From contig JAQTMZ010000001.1 of assembly GCA_028714075.1 (NCBI GenBank), positions 279,753 to 343,752 of the forward strand: a stretch of DNA of 64,000 nt, read 5' to 3'. The position numbers and the translations under genes are program-made. The DNA is from Gallionella sp. (lineage in GTDB: Bacteria > Pseudomonadota > Gammaproteobacteria > Burkholderiales > Gallionellaceae). This document shows, one piece after another, positions 10,089-32,664 of the stretch; positions within the stretch are counted from its first letter, which is position 1; each line of letters begins with the position of its first letter. Below the pieces are notes generated by a model. The model did no database searches and had not been told where the DNA came from. It worked only from the letters and a program-made list of their open reading frames with translations.

Positions 10089-10130
10089 GGGGAGCGTGCC
10101 GGAGTAGTTGCGGTATGCGTTTAACCCACT
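10089..10130 (+). promoter_or_regulatory. Probable L1-binding leader of rplKA
   Basis: GGGGAG...AACCCAC directly upstream of rplK. Confidence 0.5.
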
Positions 10131-10146
10131 GATAAGGAGCAGTAAC

Positions 10147-10578
10147 GTGGCAAAGAAAATTGTTGGCTATATCAAGTTGCAAGTGCCTGCGGGCAAGGCA
10201 AATCCAAGCCCACCGATTGGCCCGGCATTGGGTCAGCGCGGCCTGAACATTATGGAGTTTTGCAAGGCGTTTAACGCGCAGACTCAGGGTGTCGAACCCG
10301 GCCTGCCGATTCCGGTGGTGATTACCGCTTTTGCGGACAAGAGTTTCACCTTCATCATGAAAACCCCACCCGCGACCATTCTGATCAAGAAGGCCGCCGG
10401 TATCCAGAAGGGTAGCAAGACGCCGCATACCGACAAGGTGGGCAAACTGACCCGCAAACAGGCGGAACAAATCGCAACAACCAAGATGCCTGATCTGACA
10501 GCAGCCGATATGGATGCCGCCGTGCGCACCATCGCCGGTAGCGCGCGCAGCATGGGTATTACCGTGGAGGGTGTTTAA
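10147..10578 (+). CDS. rplK: 50S ribosomal protein L11
   Basis: GTG start, [20 protein letters not shown]. Confidence 0.98.
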   Translation: MAKKIVGYIKLQVPAGKANPSPPIGPALGQRGLNIMEFCKAFNAQTQGVEPGLPIPVVITAFADKSFTFIMKTPPATILIKKAAGIQKGSKTPHTDKVGKLTRKQAEQIATTKMPDLTAADMDAAVRTIAGSARSMGITVEGV

Positions 10579-10579
10579 C

Positions 10580-11269
10580 ATGTCCAAACGTTATAAAGCA
10601 ATTGCGGCCAAAATTGATCGCGACAAGCTGTATCCCTTGAGCGATGCATTGAATCTGGTCAAAGAAACTGCCGTGGCGAAATTCGATGAGTCCATTGATG
10701 TTGCGGTAAATCTCGGTATCGACGCGCGCAAATCGGATCAATTGGTGCGTGGCTCGGTGGTGTTGCCTAAAGGAACTGGCAAGACGATGCGTGTAGCGGT
10801 ATTTGCACAAGGCGCGAAGGCTGAAGAGGCCAAGGCTGCCGGTGCGGACATCGTGGGTTTTGACGATCTGGCCGAATCCATCAAGGGCGGCAACCTGAAT
10901 TTTGACGTGCTGATCGCCAGCCCGGACGCGATGCGTCTGGTCGGCCAACTGGGTCAGATTCTCGGCCCGCGCGGTTTGATGCCTAACCCGAAGGTGGGCA
11001 CGGTATCCGCCGATGTGGCGGGTGCGGTGAAGAATGCCAAAGCCGGCCAGGTGCAATATCGCACCGACAAGAACGGTATCGTGCAATGCACTATCGGTCG
11101 TGCTTCGTTCACACCGGAGGCATTGCGTGAAAACCTGCTGGCGTTGGTTGATGCGCTGAACAAGGCCAAACCGGCGGCATCCAAGGGGGTGTACCTGAAG
11201 AAGGTATCCATCTCCAGCACCATGGGTGCCGGCATCCGCGTCGAACAGGCCAGCCTGGTTGCAGGTTGA
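10580..11269 (+). CDS. rplA: 50S ribosomal protein L1
   Basis: [24 protein letters not shown]. Confidence 0.98.
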   Translation: MSKRYKAIAAKIDRDKLYPLSDALNLVKETAVAKFDESIDVAVNLGIDARKSDQLVRGSVVLPKGTGKTMRVAVFAQGAKAEEAKAAGADIVGFDDLAESIKGGNLNFDVLIASPDAMRLVGQLGQILGPRGLMPNPKVGTVSADVAGAVKNAKAGQVQYRTDKNGIVQCTIGRASFTPEALRENLLALVDALNKAKPAASKGVYLKKVSISSTMGAGIRVEQASLVAG

Positions 11270-11351
11270 TTTAATTTGTGGTGATTTGAATTTGTTGGCG
11301 AGACTTTAGTCTCGCCGGCATTTGTTTTTGGACTGCTGGCGTGTATGCAGC

Positions 11352-11435
11352 ATCCAAGACCGTTGGTGTTTTGAGTGATGTTGACTTGATACTTAATTGC
11401 CGGAGAAATCCGGCGGCCCACGCAGATGGTGTGCC
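11352..11435 (+). promoter_or_regulatory. L10 leader RNA
   Basis: CCAAGACCGTTGGTG...CACGCAGATGG upstream of rplJ. Confidence 0.65.
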
Positions 11436-11534
11436 CGCGAGCAGGAATAGTTGTTCTCCTGGCTCAAGGTCGCTGTTGTAACCAATGGAGTGCGTAAGAT
11501 CCCCGTAAGCGCATTCCGGAAAATGGAGGAAGAC

Positions 11535-12038
11535 TTGAGTCTTAATCTGCAAGAAAAACAGGCCGTGGTAGCGGAAGTCAGTGCGCAAGTGGCACAGGCG
11601 GAAACCATTGTTCTGGCTGAGTACCGTGGCATCGCAGTTGCCGATATTACCCGGTTGCGTGCCAATGCACGCCAAGCCGGGGTGTATTTTCATGTGTTGA
11701 AGAACACATTGGCACGTCGCGCGGTACAAGGAACCCCGTTTGAGCCGTTGGCTGAAAAAATGATTGGCCCTCTCGTGTATAGCATGAGTGCCGATCCGGT
11801 CGCTGCGGCAAAAGTGCTGTTCGATTTTGCCAAAACCAATGACAAGCTGGTGATTAAAGCAGGCGCAATGAGCGGTTCCGTGATGTCGGCGGAACAAGTT
11901 GCTGTGCTCGCCGCAATCCCAAGCCGCAACGAGTTGATTGCGCGCCTGATGGCAACCATGAATGCGACGACCAGCAAGTTCGTGCGCACCTTGGCTGCAA
12001 TCCGCGACAACAACGAAGCTGCAACCGCTGCTGCTTGA
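11535..12038 (+). CDS. rplJ: 50S ribosomal protein L10
   Basis: TTG start after GGAGG; [14 protein letters not shown]. Confidence 0.96.
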   Translation: MSLNLQEKQAVVAEVSAQVAQAETIVLAEYRGIAVADITRLRANARQAGVYFHVLKNTLARRAVQGTPFEPLAEKMIGPLVYSMSADPVAAAKVLFDFAKTNDKLVIKAGAMSGSVMSAEQVAVLAAIPSRNELIARLMATMNATTSKFVRTLAAIRDNNEAATAAA

Positions 12039-12074
12039 TTAATTTTGAATTAACTGAATTATTAGGAGAACAAC

Positions 12075-12449
12075 ATGGCTGTATCTAATGCTGATCTGAT
12101 GGACGCAATCGCTAAAATGACTGTGCTGGAACTGTCTGATCTGATCAAACAAATGGAAGAAAAGTTCGGTGTTTCCGCTGCGGCTGTTGCCGTTGCTGCG
12201 CCTGCTGCCGGAGGTGGTGCCGCTGCTGCTGCCGAACAAACCGAATTCTCGGTGATTCTTAAAGCTGCCGGCGACAGCAAGGTAAACGTGATCAAGGTGG
12301 TTCGCGCCATTACCGGTCTGGGCTTGAAAGAAGCCAAGGATCTGGTTGACGGTGCGCCAAAACCTGTCAAGGAAGGCGTATCCAAGGCTGATGCCGACGC
12401 GATCGTGAAGCAACTGATTGAAGCAGGCGCAACTGCTGAACTCAAGTAA
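12075..12449 (+). CDS. rplL: 50S ribosomal protein L7/L12
   Basis: [18 protein letters not shown]. Confidence 0.98.
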   Translation: MAVSNADLMDAIAKMTVLELSDLIKQMEEKFGVSAAAVAVAAPAAGGGAAAAAEQTEFSVILKAAGDSKVNVIKVVRAITGLGLKEAKDLVDGAPKPVKEGVSKADADAIVKQLIEAGATAELK

Positions 12450-12465
12450 GGTTGTCTGTTGAAGA

Positions 12466-12495
12466 AAGGCTGGCGGTATACCGTCAGCCTTTTGC
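12466..12495 (+). terminator. Terminator/attenuator after rplL
   Basis: AAAGGCTGGCGG-tata-CCGTCAGCCTTTT. Confidence 0.75.
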
Positions 12496-12618
12496 CGCTT
12501 TAAGAAGCCAGAGGTTAGGAAGTCAAAATATTTCTTGCCCCCTGTCTTTTTGGTTCCGGCATAACCTGGAAGTTATGCCTGCTCTGAAACTTCGTTTTAC
12601 TTCAATCGTGGAGATTAT

Positions 12619-16693
<4,075 letters not shown>

Positions 16694-16695
<2 letters not shown>

Positions 16696-16772
16696 GGAGT
16701 AGGGAGTGGGGAGTAGGGAGTGGAAAAGCCCACTCGCCACTTCCCACTCACCACTTTCCACTCTCCACTCAC
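16694..16772. repeat. Heptamer tandem-repeat hairpin (AGGGAGT)4...(CACTCNC)6
   Basis: 7-bp periodic arms, mutually complementary, in the rpoB-rpoC spacer. Confidence 0.85.
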
Positions 16773-16791
16773 CAGATTTTAGGAGTCACAC

Positions 16792-21033
<4,242 letters not shown>

Positions 21034-21165
21034 AATTCGCAACCTTTTTTCCGTCGCAGCGGATGAATCTTGTCATGCTGCGGCGGTATATTTTTTTATT
21101 CCTTGATTTTTAACGGGAATTTTTAACAGGATTTTCAGAAATTATTTTTTTAGGATGTGTAGATA

Positions 21166-21543
21166 ATGCCAACCATTAATCAGTTGATCCGCAAGCCGCG
21201 CGCCGCAATCGTAGAAAAGAGCAAGGTGCCTGCTTTGGCGGGCTCTCCGCAAAAACGCGGAGTATGTACGCGCGTGTACACCACGACTCCGAAGAAGCCA
21301 AACTCTGCGCTGCGCAAGGTGGCCAAGGTTCGCCTGACCAACGGTTTCGAGGTGATCAGCTACATCGGCGGTGAAGGCCACAATTTGCAGGAGCACTCGG
21401 TAGTGTTGTTGCGTGGTGGTCGTGTGAAGGATTTGCCGGGTGTGCGTTACCACATGGTGCGCGGTAGTCTGGATACGGCCGGCGTGAAAGATCGTAAGCA
21501 GGGCCGTTCCAAGTACGGTTCGAAGCGCGCCAAAAAGGCCTAA
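21166..21543 (+). CDS. rpsL: 30S ribosomal protein S12
   Basis: [10 protein letters not shown]. Confidence 0.99.
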   Translation: MPTINQLIRKPRAAIVEKSKVPALAGSPQKRGVCTRVYTTTPKKPNSALRKVAKVRLTNGFEVISYIGGEGHNLQEHSVVLLRGGRVKDLPGVRYHMVRGSLDTAGVKDRKQGRSKYGSKRAKKA

Positions 21544-21604
21544 CTTGCAAAAAGCGTAATTGAGTATTCGTAATTATTTGAGCCAAAAATAAACTGAGGT
21601 AGCT

Positions 21605-22075
21605 ATGCCAAGACGTAGAGAAGTCCCCAAACGCGAGATTCTGCCCGACCCTAAATTCGGCAATCAGGATTTGTCCAAGTTTGTAAATGTACTGATGACT
21701 GCCGGTAAAAAATCGGTCGCCGAGCGCATCCTTTACGGCGCGCTGGAGCAAATCGTCAAGAAAACCAGCAAGGACGCGATCGAGGTATTCAATCTCGCAT
21801 TGACCAATGCCAAGCCGCAGGTTGAAGTGAAAAGCCGCCGTGTCGGCGGTGCGAACTATCAGGTGCCGGTTGAAGTGCGCCCTTCGCGCCGTATGGCGTT
21901 GGCGATGCGCTGGCTGCGCGAAGCCGCACGCAAGCGCGGTGAGAAGTCCATGGGCATGCGCCTAGCTGGTGAGTTGATCGATGCGTCCGAGGGTCGCGGC
22001 GGTGCGGTGAAGAAGCGCGAAGAGGTGCACCGCATGGCAGAAGCGAACAAGGCATTCTCACATTTCCGCTTCTAG
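21605..22075 (+). CDS. rpsG: 30S ribosomal protein S7
   Basis: [12 protein letters not shown]. Confidence 0.99.
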   Translation: MPRRREVPKREILPDPKFGNQDLSKFVNVLMTAGKKSVAERILYGALEQIVKKTSKDAIEVFNLALTNAKPQVEVKSRRVGGANYQVPVEVRPSRRMALAMRWLREAARKRGEKSMGMRLAGELIDASEGRGGAVKKREEVHRMAEANKAFSHFRF

Positions 22076-22120
22076 TCGGATTGCCGCAATTTCAACCAGA
22101 ATAATAGTTAGGTATCCATC

Positions 22121-24214
<2,094 letters not shown>

Positions 24215-24237
24215 TTTTGATTTAAGGGGCGATAATC

Positions 24238-25428
24238 ATGGCAAAGAGCAAATTTGAACGAACCAAGCCGCACGTCAACGTAGGGACGATCGGCCACGTG
24301 GATCACGGCAAGACCACCCTGACGGCGGCGATCACCACCGTCCTGTCGAAGAAATTCGGCGGCGAAGCCAAGGCGTACGACCAGATCGACGCGGCGCCGG
24401 AAGAAAAAGCGCGCGGCATCACGATCAACACCGCCCACGTCGAATACGAAACGGCCAACCGCCACTACGCCCACGTAGACTGCCCGGGCCACGCCGACTA
24501 CATCAAGAACATGATCACCGGCGCCGCGCAAATGGACGGCGCGATCCTGGTCTGCTCCGCAGCCGACGGCCCGATGCCGCAAACACGCGAACATATTTTG
24601 CTGGCGCGCCAGGTAGGCGTACCTTACATCGTCGTATTCATGAACAAGTGCGACATGGTCGACGACGAAGAGCTGCTCGAACTGGTCGAAATGGAATTGC
24701 GCGAACTGCTCTCCAAATACGACTTCCCCGGCGACGATATCCCAATCATCAAAGGCTCCGCACTGAAAGCCCTGCAAGGCGACCAGAGCGACCTCGGCGA
24801 GCCGGCCATCTTCCGTCTGGCCGAAGCGCTCGACACTTATATCCCGCAGCCCAAGCGCGCGCTGGATGGCGCCTTCCTGATGCCGGTCGAAGACGTATTC
24901 TCGATCTCCGGCCGCGGCACCGTGGTGACCGGACGTATCGAACGCGGCGTCGTCAAGGTCGGCGAAGAACTCGAAATCGTCGGCATCAAGCCAACCCTGA
25001 AGACCACCTGCACCGGCGTGGAAATGTTCCGCAAACTGCTCGACCAGGGCCAGGCGGGCGACAACGTCGGCGTACTGCTGCGCGGCACCAAGCGCGAAGA
25101 AGTCGAGCGCGGCCAAGTGCTGGCTAAACCCGGCTCGATCACACCGCACACCAAATTCACCGCTGAAATCTATGTGTTGGGCAAGGACGAAGGCGGGCGC
25201 CATACCCCGTTCTTCCAGGGCTACCGTCCGCAGTTCTACTTCCGCACCACCGACGTGACCGGTGCGGTCGAGTTGCCGGCGGGCACCGAAATGGTCATGC
25301 CTGGCGACAATGTCAGCATCACCGTGAACCTGATCAACCCGATCGCGATGGAAGAGGGCTTGCGTTTCGCGATCCGCGAAGGCGGCCGCACCGTCGGTGC
25401 GGGTGTGGTTGCAAAGATTATTGAGTAA
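24238..25428 (+). CDS. tuf: Elongation factor Tu (copy 2)
   Basis: Protein identical to 7728-8918. Confidence 0.99.
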   Translation: MAKSKFERTKPHVNVGTIGHVDHGKTTLTAAITTVLSKKFGGEAKAYDQIDAAPEEKARGITINTAHVEYETANRHYAHVDCPGHADYIKNMITGAAQMDGAILVCSAADGPMPQTREHILLARQVGVPYIVVFMNKCDMVDDEELLELVEMELRELLSKYDFPGDDIPIIKGSALKALQGDQSDLGEPAIFRLAEALDTYIPQPKRALDGAFLMPVEDVFSISGRGTVVTGRIERGVVKVGEELEIVGIKPTLKTTCTGVEMFRKLLDQGQAGDNVGVLLRGTKREEVERGQVLAKPGSITPHTKFTAEIYVLGKDEGGRHTPFFQGYRPQFYFRTTDVTGAVELPAGTEMVMPGDNVSITVNLINPIAMEEGLRFAIREGGRTVGAGVVAKIIE

Positions 25429-25437
25429 GGCTACAAT
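25409..25437 (+). promoter_or_regulatory. Probable S10 operon promoter; -35 lies inside the tuf 3' end
   Basis: TTGCAA-17-TACAAT then GCGCGCC discriminator. Confidence 0.6.
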
Positions 25438-25527
25438 GCGCGCCTTCGCGTGGTCCGGGTTGTTGGTTCGGGTCGCGCGATTCGTTCTTTAATTAGCGGC
25501 ATTGCCGCATGAAAGCAAGAGAAAATT

Positions 25528-25839
25528 ATGCAAAGTCAGAAAATTCGCATTCGCCTCAAGGCGTTTGACTATCGTTTGATCGACCAGTCGGCTGCGCAGA
25601 TTGTTGAGACTGCCAAGCGTACCGGCGCGGTGGTAAACGGCCCGGTACCATTGCCAACCAAGATCGAGCGTTTCGACGTGTTGCGTTCACCGCATGTCAA
25701 CAAGACTTCGCGTGACCAGTTTGAAATTCGTACCCATCTGCGTTTGATGGACATCGTCGATCCTACCGACAAGACGGTAGATGCGCTGATGAAGCTGGAT
25801 CTGCCAGCAGGTGTGGATGTGGAAATCAAGTTGCAGTAA
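25528..25839 (+). CDS. rpsJ: 30S ribosomal protein S10
   Basis: [15 protein letters not shown]. Confidence 0.99.
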   Translation: MQSQKIRIRLKAFDYRLIDQSAAQIVETAKRTGAVVNGPVPLPTKIERFDVLRSPHVNKTSRDQFEIRTHLRLMDIVDPTDKTVDALMKLDLPAGVDVEIKLQ

Positions 25840-25928
25840 TTGCTGTGCCCCGGTTTCGTAATTGAAGTATCAGTAGAAAAAAATCGGTTGACCAATTGTA
25901 GTCAACCCCTTAACAAGAGGAAATTAAA

Positions 25929-26573
25929 ATGAGCTTAGGACTTGTCGGTCGCAAGATTGGCATGACCCGCGTATTTACCGACGATGGTTCTTCGTTGCCG
26001 GTGACTGTGCTGGAAGTGTCCAATAATCGTGTCACTCAGGTTAAATCCGCAGACACCGATGGCTACACCGCTGTGCAATTGGCACACGGAGTGCGTCGTC
26101 CCGGTCGCGTCAGCAAAGCTGCCGCCGGACATTACGCCAAGGCGGGTGTGGAAGCGGGGAGTGCACTGAAAGAATTCACCGTTTCGCCTGAACAACTGGC
26201 CGGCCTGCAAGCAGGTTCTGTGGTCAGTGTGGAGATTTTTCAGGTGGGGCAACTCGTAGATGTGACGGGCGTATCCAAAGGTAAGGGTTATGCCGGCACC
26301 ATCAAACGTCACCATTTCAAATCCGGCCGTGCATCGCACGGTAACTCCAAGTCGCATAACGTACCCGGCTCTATCGGTATGGCGCAGGATCCGGGTCGCG
26401 TGTTCCCCGGTAAGCGCATGACCGGCCATCTGGGCGACGTGCAAAGAACCGTGCAAAATTTACAGGTCGTGCGCGTTGACGTTGCACGTCAATTGCTGCT
26501 GGTAAAAGGCGCTGTTCCGGGTTGCATAAACAGCAGCATTGTCGTGCGTCCCGCAGTGAAGGCAGGTGCGTAA
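25929..26573 (+). CDS. rplC: 50S ribosomal protein L3
   Basis: [18 protein letters not shown]. Confidence 0.98.
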   Translation: MSLGLVGRKIGMTRVFTDDGSSLPVTVLEVSNNRVTQVKSADTDGYTAVQLAHGVRRPGRVSKAAAGHYAKAGVEAGSALKEFTVSPEQLAGLQAGSVVSVEIFQVGQLVDVTGVSKGKGYAGTIKRHHFKSGRASHGNSKSHNVPGSIGMAQDPGRVFPGKRMTGHLGDVQRTVQNLQVVRVDVARQLLLVKGAVPGCINSSIVVRPAVKAGA

Positions 26574-27196
26574 TGGAACTCAAAGTTATTAATGATAAGG
26601 GTCAGGCGACCGCAAATTTGAGCGCGTCTGACGAATTGTTCGGCCGTGAATACAACGAAGACCTGGTGCATCAGCTGGTCACCGCCTATCAGGCGAATGC
26701 GCGCGCCGGCAACAGCAAGCAAAAGGGTCGTAGCGAAATCGCCAAGAGTACCCGCAAGCCGTTTGCGCAAAAGGGTACCGGCCGTGCGCGTGCCGGTATG
26801 GCATCCAGCCCGTTGTGGCGCGGCGGCGGCAAGATTTTCCCGAACACCGGCGAAGAAAATTACACCCAGAAAATCAATCGCAAGATGTACCGTGCGGGAT
26901 TGGCTGCGATTTTTTCGAAGCTGGTCAGCGAGAACCGTCTGGTGGTAGTGGACAGCCTGACGGTTGATTCCCCGAAAACCAAGCTGCTGGCGCAAAAGAT
27001 CAAGGGTATGGGGCTGAATGGCCGCCTGTTGATCATCACCGATAATGTGGACGAGAACTTGTATTTGTCCTCGCGTAACCTGCCCAATGTGCTGGTGCTG
27101 GAAGCCAATCAGGCTGACCCGGTCAGCTTGGTACGTTTCCCGAGTGTGGTCGTCACGCGCAATGCGGTGGCAAAAATTGAGGAGATGTTCGCATGA
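26573..27196 (+). CDS. rplD: 50S ribosomal protein L4
   Basis: [10 protein letters not shown]; ATG overlaps the rplC stop. Confidence 0.98.
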   Translation: MELKVINDKGQATANLSASDELFGREYNEDLVHQLVTAYQANARAGNSKQKGRSEIAKSTRKPFAQKGTGRARAGMASSPLWRGGGKIFPNTGEENYTQKINRKMYRAGLAAIFSKLVSENRLVVVDSLTVDSPKTKLLAQKIKGMGLNGRLLIITDNVDENLYLSSRNLPNVLVLEANQADPVSLVRFPSVVVTRNAVAKIEEMFA

Positions 27197-27507
27197 GTAC
27201 CCAACAATTCAGCCAGGAACGGTTGATGAAAGTATTGCTCGCTCCGCAAATCTCCGAAAAGGCAACTTATGTCGCCGACAAGCATGAACAGGTGATTTTT
27301 CGTGTGGCGACGGATGCGACCAAGCCCGAAATCAAGGCTGCCGTTGAAATGATGTTCAAGGTGAGCGTTAATACCGTGCAAGTGGCCAACGTCAAGGGCA
27401 AGGTAAAAGGCGGCCGTTACTCCGGGCGACGCAACAACTGGAAGAAAGCTTATGTGTGTCTGGCAGCCGGCCAGGAAATCAATTTTGCCGCAAGCGAGCA
27501 AGGATAA
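27193..27507 (+). CDS. rplW: 50S ribosomal protein L23
   Basis: [17 protein letters not shown]. Confidence 0.97.
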   Translation: MSTQQFSQERLMKVLLAPQISEKATYVADKHEQVIFRVATDATKPEIKAAVEMMFKVSVNTVQVANVKGKVKGGRYSGRRNNWKKAYVCLAAGQEINFAASEQG

Positions 27508-27512
27508 CCATC

Positions 27513-28340
27513 ATGGCATTGATTAAACTAAAACCAACAACTCCGGGGCAGCGTGCGGTAGTGCGCGTTGTCAATCCAGACCTGCATAAGGGCAAACCGG
27601 TTGCAGCGTTGCTGGAGAAGCAGACCAGAACCGCGGGCCGCAACAATAACGGGCACATCACCACGCGCCATATGGGCGGCGGTCATAAGCAGCATTATCG
27701 TCTGGTCGACTTCAAGCGCGACAAGGATGGCATTCCGGCGACTGTCGAGCGCCTGGAATATGACCCGAATCGCAGCGCTAACCTGGCTCTATTGTGCTAC
27801 GCCGATGGCGAGCGCCGCTACATCATTGCGCCCAAGGGCGTTGCTGCCGGGGCAACTCTGGTGAGCGGCTCGGAAGCGCCGATCAAGCCGGGCAATACAT
27901 TGCCGTTGCGCAACGTTCCGGTCGGCTCGACCATTCACTGCATCGAAATGCTGCCGGGCAAAGGCGCGCAACTGGCGCGTTCTGCGGGTACTTCCGTGCA
28001 ACTGCTGGCGCGCGAAGGCAGTTACGCGCAATTGCGTTTGCGTTCCGGTGAAATTCGCAAGGTGCATATCGATTGCAAGGCGACGTTGGGCGAAGTGGGC
28101 AATTCCGAACACAGCCTGCGTTCCATTGGCAAAGCCGGTGCAATGCGTTGGCGCGGTGTGCGCCCGACCGTGCGCGGTGTGGTTATGAACCCGGTCGATC
28201 ACCCGCATGGCGGTGGCGAAGGCAAGACTGCCGCAGGCCGTCATCCGGTCAGTCCATGGGGCGTGCCGGCCAAGGGTTTCCGCACACGCCGCAACAAGCG
28301 TACCAGCGGCATGATTGTACGCCGTCGCTTTCAGGTTTAA
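27513..28340 (+). CDS. rplB: 50S ribosomal protein L2
   Basis: [21 protein letters not shown]. Confidence 0.99.
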   Translation: MALIKLKPTTPGQRAVVRVVNPDLHKGKPVAALLEKQTRTAGRNNNGHITTRHMGGGHKQHYRLVDFKRDKDGIPATVERLEYDPNRSANLALLCYADGERRYIIAPKGVAAGATLVSGSEAPIKPGNTLPLRNVPVGSTIHCIEMLPGKGAQLARSAGTSVQLLAREGSYAQLRLRSGEIRKVHIDCKATLGEVGNSEHSLRSIGKAGAMRWRGVRPTVRGVVMNPVDHPHGGGEGKTAAGRHPVSPWGVPAKGFRTRRNKRTSGMIVRRRFQV

Positions 28341-28353
28341 GGGGTAGATAGAT

Positions 28354-28635
28354 ATGGCACGTTCAATTAAAAAAGGTCCATTTGTCGACGCTCACTTGCT
28401 CAAGAAGATTGAGACGGTGCGTGCGACCAACGATAAACGCCCGGTGAAAACCTGGTCGCGCCGTTCCACGGTGCTGCCCGAGTTCGTCGGCCTGACCATC
28501 GCGGTACATAACGGCAAGCAGCATATTCCGGTGTACGTCTCCGAAAACATGGTGGGCCACAAATTGGGTGAATTCTCCCTGACGCGCACCTTCAAGGGAC
28601 ACGCTGCCGATAAAAAAGCAGTGGTCAAAAAATAA
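28354..28635 (+). CDS. rpsS: 30S ribosomal protein S19
   Basis: KTWSRRS, GHKLGEF. Confidence 0.99.
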   Translation: MARSIKKGPFVDAHLLKKIETVRATNDKRPVKTWSRRSTVLPEFVGLTIAVHNGKQHIPVYVSENMVGHKLGEFSLTRTFKGHAADKKAVVKK

Positions 28636-28641
28636 GGGGGC

Positions 28642-28977
28642 ATGATGACAACGACTATGGCTGTTGCAAAAAACATTCATCTTTCCGCGCAAAAAGGCCG
28701 CTTGGTTGCCGATCAGATTCGCGGTCTGCCGGTAGCGCAAGCGCTCAACATTCTTGCCTTCAGCCCTAAAAAAGGTGCGGGGATCATCAAGAAGGCACTG
28801 GATTCGGCGATTGCAAATGCCGAGCATAACGATGGTGCCGACATCGACGAACTGAAGGTGACAACCATTTACATCGACAAGGCGAAATCGCTGAAGCGTT
28901 TCATGGCACGCGCCAAGGGCCGCGGCGCCGGCATCGAAAAGCAAACTTGCCACATTACAGTCGTCGTCGGGAACTGA
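28642..28977 (+). CDS. rplV: 50S ribosomal protein L22
   Basis: [14 protein letters not shown]. Confidence 0.97.
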   Translation: MMTTTMAVAKNIHLSAQKGRLVADQIRGLPVAQALNILAFSPKKGAGIIKKALDSAIANAEHNDGADIDELKVTTIYIDKAKSLKRFMARAKGRGAGIEKQTCHITVVVGN

Positions 28978-28986
28978 GGATAAATT

Positions 28987-29697
28987 ATGGGACAGAAAAT
29001 TCACCCAACCGGTTTCCGGTTGTGCGTTCGCAAGAACTGGGATTCAAAGTGGTATGCAAACAGCAAGAATTTCTCCGATTTGCTGCTCAAGGATATTGAA
29101 GTCCGTGCTTTCCTGAAAAAGAAGCTGGCTTCTGCCGGAGTATCCAAGGTCATCATCGAGCGTCCGGCCAAAAATGCCAAAGTGACTATTTACACCGCGC
29201 GCCCCGGCATGGTGATCGGCAAAAAAGGCGAGGACATCGAGGCGTTGCGCGCCGAATTGCGCAAGCGCATGGGCCTGCAGTCCGTTGACCTGGCCATCGA
29301 AGAAGTGCGCAAGCCGGAAGTCGATGCGCAACTGATTGCCGACAGCATCACCGCGCAACTGGAAAAACGCATCATGTTCCGCCGCGCCATGAAGCGCGCG
29401 ATGCAAAACGCGATGCGCTTGGGCGCTCAAGGCATCAAGATCATGAGTGCGGGCCGCTTGAACGGTATCGAAATTGCACGTACCGAGTGGTATCGCGAAG
29501 GCCGCGTGCCGTTGCATACACTGCGCGCCGATATTGACTATGGCACTTCCGAAGCCAAGACCACTTATGGCATCATCGGGGTGAAGGTTTGGGTATTCAA
29601 GGGTGAAATTGGTGGGCAGGAAGTTGCCGTGCCAGTCGCCGCTGAACCGGAAAAGAAAGCAAGGAAGTCGGGAGTGAAACATGCTACAGCCAGCTAG
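28987..29697 (+). CDS. rpsC: 30S ribosomal protein S3
   Basis: [24 protein letters not shown]. Confidence 0.99.
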   Translation: MGQKIHPTGFRLCVRKNWDSKWYANSKNFSDLLLKDIEVRAFLKKKLASAGVSKVIIERPAKNAKVTIYTARPGMVIGKKGEDIEALRAELRKRMGLQSVDLAIEEVRKPEVDAQLIADSITAQLEKRIMFRRAMKRAMQNAMRLGAQGIKIMSAGRLNGIEIARTEWYREGRVPLHTLRADIDYGTSEAKTTYGIIGVKVWVFKGEIGGQEVAVPVAAEPEKKARKSGVKHATAS

Positions 29698-30097
29698 AAG
29701 AAAATACCGCAAGGAACAGAAGGGCCGCAATACCGGCATTGCCACCCGTGGCAATAAGGTGAGTTTCGGCGAGTTTGGTTTGAAGGCGGTTGGGCGCGGT
29801 CGTTTGACGGCACGTCAGATCGAAGCGGCGCGTCGCGCGATGACGCGTCATATCAAGCGCGGAGGACGTATCTGGATCCGTATTTTTCCGGATAAGCCGA
29901 TTTCCAAAAAACCTGCCGAAGTTCGCATGGGCAATGGCAAGGGCAATCCCGAGTTCTACGTCGCTGAAATTCAACCAGGCAAAATGCTGTACGAAATGGA
30001 TGGCGTGAATGAGGTATTGGCACGCGAAGCGTTTCAATTGGCATCCGCTAAATTACCAATTGCGACCACTTTTGTGGTCAGACAGGTAGGTGCGTAA
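29681..30097 (+). CDS. rplP: 50S ribosomal protein L16
   Basis: RMGNGKG, WIRIFPD. Confidence 0.99.
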   Translation: MLQPARRKYRKEQKGRNTGIATRGNKVSFGEFGLKAVGRGRLTARQIEAARRAMTRHIKRGGRIWIRIFPDKPISKKPAEVRMGNGKGNPEFYVAEIQPGKMLYEMDGVNEVLAREAFQLASAKLPIATTFVVRQVGA

Positions 30098-30098
30098 T

Positions 30099-30290
30099 AT
30101 GAAAGCCAGTGAATTGAAAACCAAGTCCGCGGCGGATTTGCAACAGGAAATGCTATCGCTGACCAAGGCGCAATTTGGCCTGCGCATGCAGATTGCCACA
30201 CAGCAAATGGCCAATACCAGTGAGTTGCGCAAAGTGCGCCGCGATATCGCCCGCGTGAAAACCATATTGAAAGAGAAGGGTGCCAGCTGA
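30099..30290 (+). CDS. rpmC: 50S ribosomal protein L29
   Basis: MKASELK...RRDIARVKT. Confidence 0.97.
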   Translation: MKASELKTKSAADLQQEMLSLTKAQFGLRMQIATQQMANTSELRKVRRDIARVKTILKEKGAS

Positions 30291-30553
30291 TGAGCGAGCC
30301 AAAACTGAAACGTACCCTGACCGGTACTATAACAAGCGACAAGATGGACAAGACCGTCACGGTTCTGGTCGAACGCAAAGTGAAACATCCGTTGCTGGGC
30401 AAGATCATTCGCGTTTCCAAGAAATATCACGCCCATGATGAAGCCAATGAGTTTCATGCAGGTGACGTGGTAATGATTGAAGAATGCCGCCCGATTGCCA
30501 AAACCAAGAGCTGGCGTGTGGCCAAACTGCTTGAGAAAGCACAAGCAGCCTAG
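30290..30553 (+). CDS. rpsQ: 30S ribosomal protein S17
   Basis: [17 protein letters not shown]. Confidence 0.98.
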   Translation: MSEPKLKRTLTGTITSDKMDKTVTVLVERKVKHPLLGKIIRVSKKYHAHDEANEFHAGDVVMIEECRPIAKTKSWRVAKLLEKAQAA

Positions 30554-30640
30554 TCAGAGCCGGCTTTTGTTGTAACTGTCTTATGCGCCCTGCGGCTTGC
30601 TGCGGGGCGTTTTCATTGGCCTTTTAAAACCACAACTCAA

Positions 30641-30750
30641 GCCACAGAGTTCACCGAGAGACCGGCGATTTAACACGCTTTCGTGACTCACCCAAAAGGT
30701 GAATCACTATTCTCTTCAGCCGGTTGTTTTTCCTCTGTGACCTCTGTGGC
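30641..30750. repeat. Miniature palindromic element GCCACAGAG...CTCTGTGACCTCTGTGGC
   Basis: Terminal inverted repeats around an internal hairpin (TCACC/GGTGA). Confidence 0.65.
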
Positions 30751-30774
30751 AAAACGCTTTTGCTGGCTGATTGC

Positions 30775-30814
30775 AAAAAAACCGTCCATGCTTTGCAGCA
30801 TGGACGGTTTTTGT
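30775..30814. terminator. Bidirectional terminator between rpsQ and metK
   Basis: A run-ACCGTCCATGC...GCATGGACGGT-T run. Confidence 0.8.
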
Positions 30815-30848
30815 TATTTCAACAGCAGCGTGCGGGTTGTCTGTTCTG

Positions 30849-32012
30849 CTACAGCCCGGCATCTGCACGCAGTGCCGCAGCCTTATCTGTGCTCTCCCAT
30901 TTGAATTCGGGTTCTTCACGGCCAAAATGGCCATAGGCTGCCGTTTTCTGGTAGATCGGGCGCAGCAGGTCGAGCATTTGCACGATACCTTTCGGGCGCA
31001 GGTCAAAATGCTTTTTGACCAACTCCGCAATCTTTTCATCGGTTACTTTTCCGGTGCCGTAAGTGGTGACCCAGACGCTGGTCGGGTGCGCTACGCCGAT
31101 CGCATAAGAAATCTGGATCAGGCATTTGCTGGCCAAGCCGGCAGCGACAATATTTTTGGCTACATAGCGGCCGGCGTAAGCGGCCGAGCGGTCTACCTTG
31201 GACGGGTCCTTGCCGGAGAATGCACCACCGCCGTGCGGCGCTGCGCCGCCGTAGGTGTCGACAATAATCTTGCGCCCGGTCAGGCCACAGTCGCCCTGCG
31301 GGCCGCCGACGACAAAACGTCCGGTCGGGTTGACTAGATACTTGATGTCGCCCTTGATCAGTTCCTTCGGCAATATTGGTTTGATGATTTCCTCGATGAC
31401 CGCTTCACGGATTTGCGCCAGCGTCATTTCCGGCGCGTGCTGTGTCGAGATCACCACGGTGTCGATGGAGTGCGGTTTGCCATCCATATAGCGGACGGTA
31501 ACCTGCGATTTGGCGTCCGGGCGCAACCAGGGTAAACGGCCATCGCGGCGCAGTTGCGCCTGGCGTTCCATTGCGCGGTGTGCCAGGTAGATCGGCAGCG
31601 GCATCAAGGTATCGGTTTCGTCGCAGGCATAGCCGAACATCAGCCCCTGATCGCCCGCACCCTGATCCATGTTGTCGTCATAAGCCTTGTTCACGCCCTG
31701 CGCGATATCCGGACTCTGCTTGTCATAGGCCACCAGCACCGCACAACCCTTGTAGTCGATGCCGTATTCGGTATTGTCATAGCCGATGCGCTTGATGGTG
31801 TCGCGTGCCACCTGAATATAATCGACCACGGCGGCGGTGGTGATCTCGCCGGCCAGTACCACGAGGCCGGTGTTGCACAGCGTTTCGGCGGCAACGCGCG
31901 AATGCTTGTCCTGCGCTAGAATGGCATCGACGATGGCATCGGAAATTTGATCTGCCACTTTATCGGGGTGGCCTTCGGACACGGATTCGGACGTAAACAA
32001 ATATTCGCTCAT
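30849..32012 (-). CDS. metK: S-adenosylmethionine synthetase
   Basis: [28 protein letters not shown]. Confidence 0.98.
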   Translation of the reverse strand: MSEYLFTSESVSEGHPDKVADQISDAIVDAILAQDKHSRVAAETLCNTGLVVLAGEITTAAVVDYIQVARDTIKRIGYDNTEYGIDYKGCAVLVAYDKQSPDIAQGVNKAYDDNMDQGAGDQGLMFGYACDETDTLMPLPIYLAHRAMERQAQLRRDGRLPWLRPDAKSQVTVRYMDGKPHSIDTVVISTQHAPEMTLAQIREAVIEEIIKPILPKELIKGDIKYLVNPTGRFVVGGPQGDCGLTGRKIIVDTYGGAAPHGGGAFSGKDPSKVDRSAAYAGRYVAKNIVAAGLASKCLIQISYAIGVAHPTSVWVTTYGTGKVTDEKIAELVKKHFDLRPKGIVQMLDLLRPIYQKTAAYGHFGREEPEFKWESTDKAAALRADAGL

Positions 32013-32287
32013 GGTTTTTCGCTCAATCACTCAAAAATTAAATGGGCGGCCATTCTACCAAATCCGGCCAAACTTGGTAGCATTGCACTGAGAATGATGT
32101 AATCAAAGAGCCGATTTCTCTGCATGCTTTGCGGCTTGAATTGCAGTTTTTAAAGTCGTGCTTGGACTGCTTGAAATGACGAGGGTAGTATGGACAGGAC
32201 GAAATATTCGATTCGGCAAAACCATTGCCACCAAAGAAGATGGATGGCAGGCAGTTTCCCAACGAGCAGTATCAAGAGGGCGGTTGC

Positions 32288-32488
32288 ATGTTAATTTTGC
32301 GTTTGTTTCTGGTGCTGGTTACGCTACTGCTGGTGCTGAGCGCCGGCATGTATATTTTTACGCGCAACCGCCGCTATCTCAAATTCGCTTGGCAGACGCT
32401 GCGTTTTACTGCGTTGCTGTTGCTGACCTTCGTACTATTGTTCGTGCTGGAACGCTATGTGCTCGTCGGCTGGAGAGTTTTGCTTTAA
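32288..32488 (+). CDS. Small two-TM hypothetical membrane protein (66 aa)
   Basis: GAGGG RBS; two hydrophobic helices separated by RNRRYLK. Confidence 0.6.
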   Translation: MLILRLFLVLVTLLLVLSAGMYIFTRNRRYLKFAWQTLRFTALLLLTFVLLFVLERYVLVGWRVLL

Positions 32489-32489
32489 C

Positions 32490-32615
32490 GTGAAATTCGC
32501 GCAGCGATTCGTTTGCTCCCTCGCCCGCTTGCGGGATAACCAGCGACTTGGCTGCGGTCTGTTGCAGCCTAGTCGAATGGCTAGTTGTTTCATTCAGAGG
32601 GGTGGGGAGAGGGAA
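32490..32615 (-). repeat. Palindromic repeat (CCCTCTCCC family) with a nested ~60-bp insert
   Basis: Reverse complement matches 57322-57387 apart from an internal insertion and about 3 mismatches. Confidence 0.8.
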
Positions 32616-32664
32616 AAGGGCATGGCGGGTTTCATCATCGGGGGCGGTATATTTGCCATGACCG

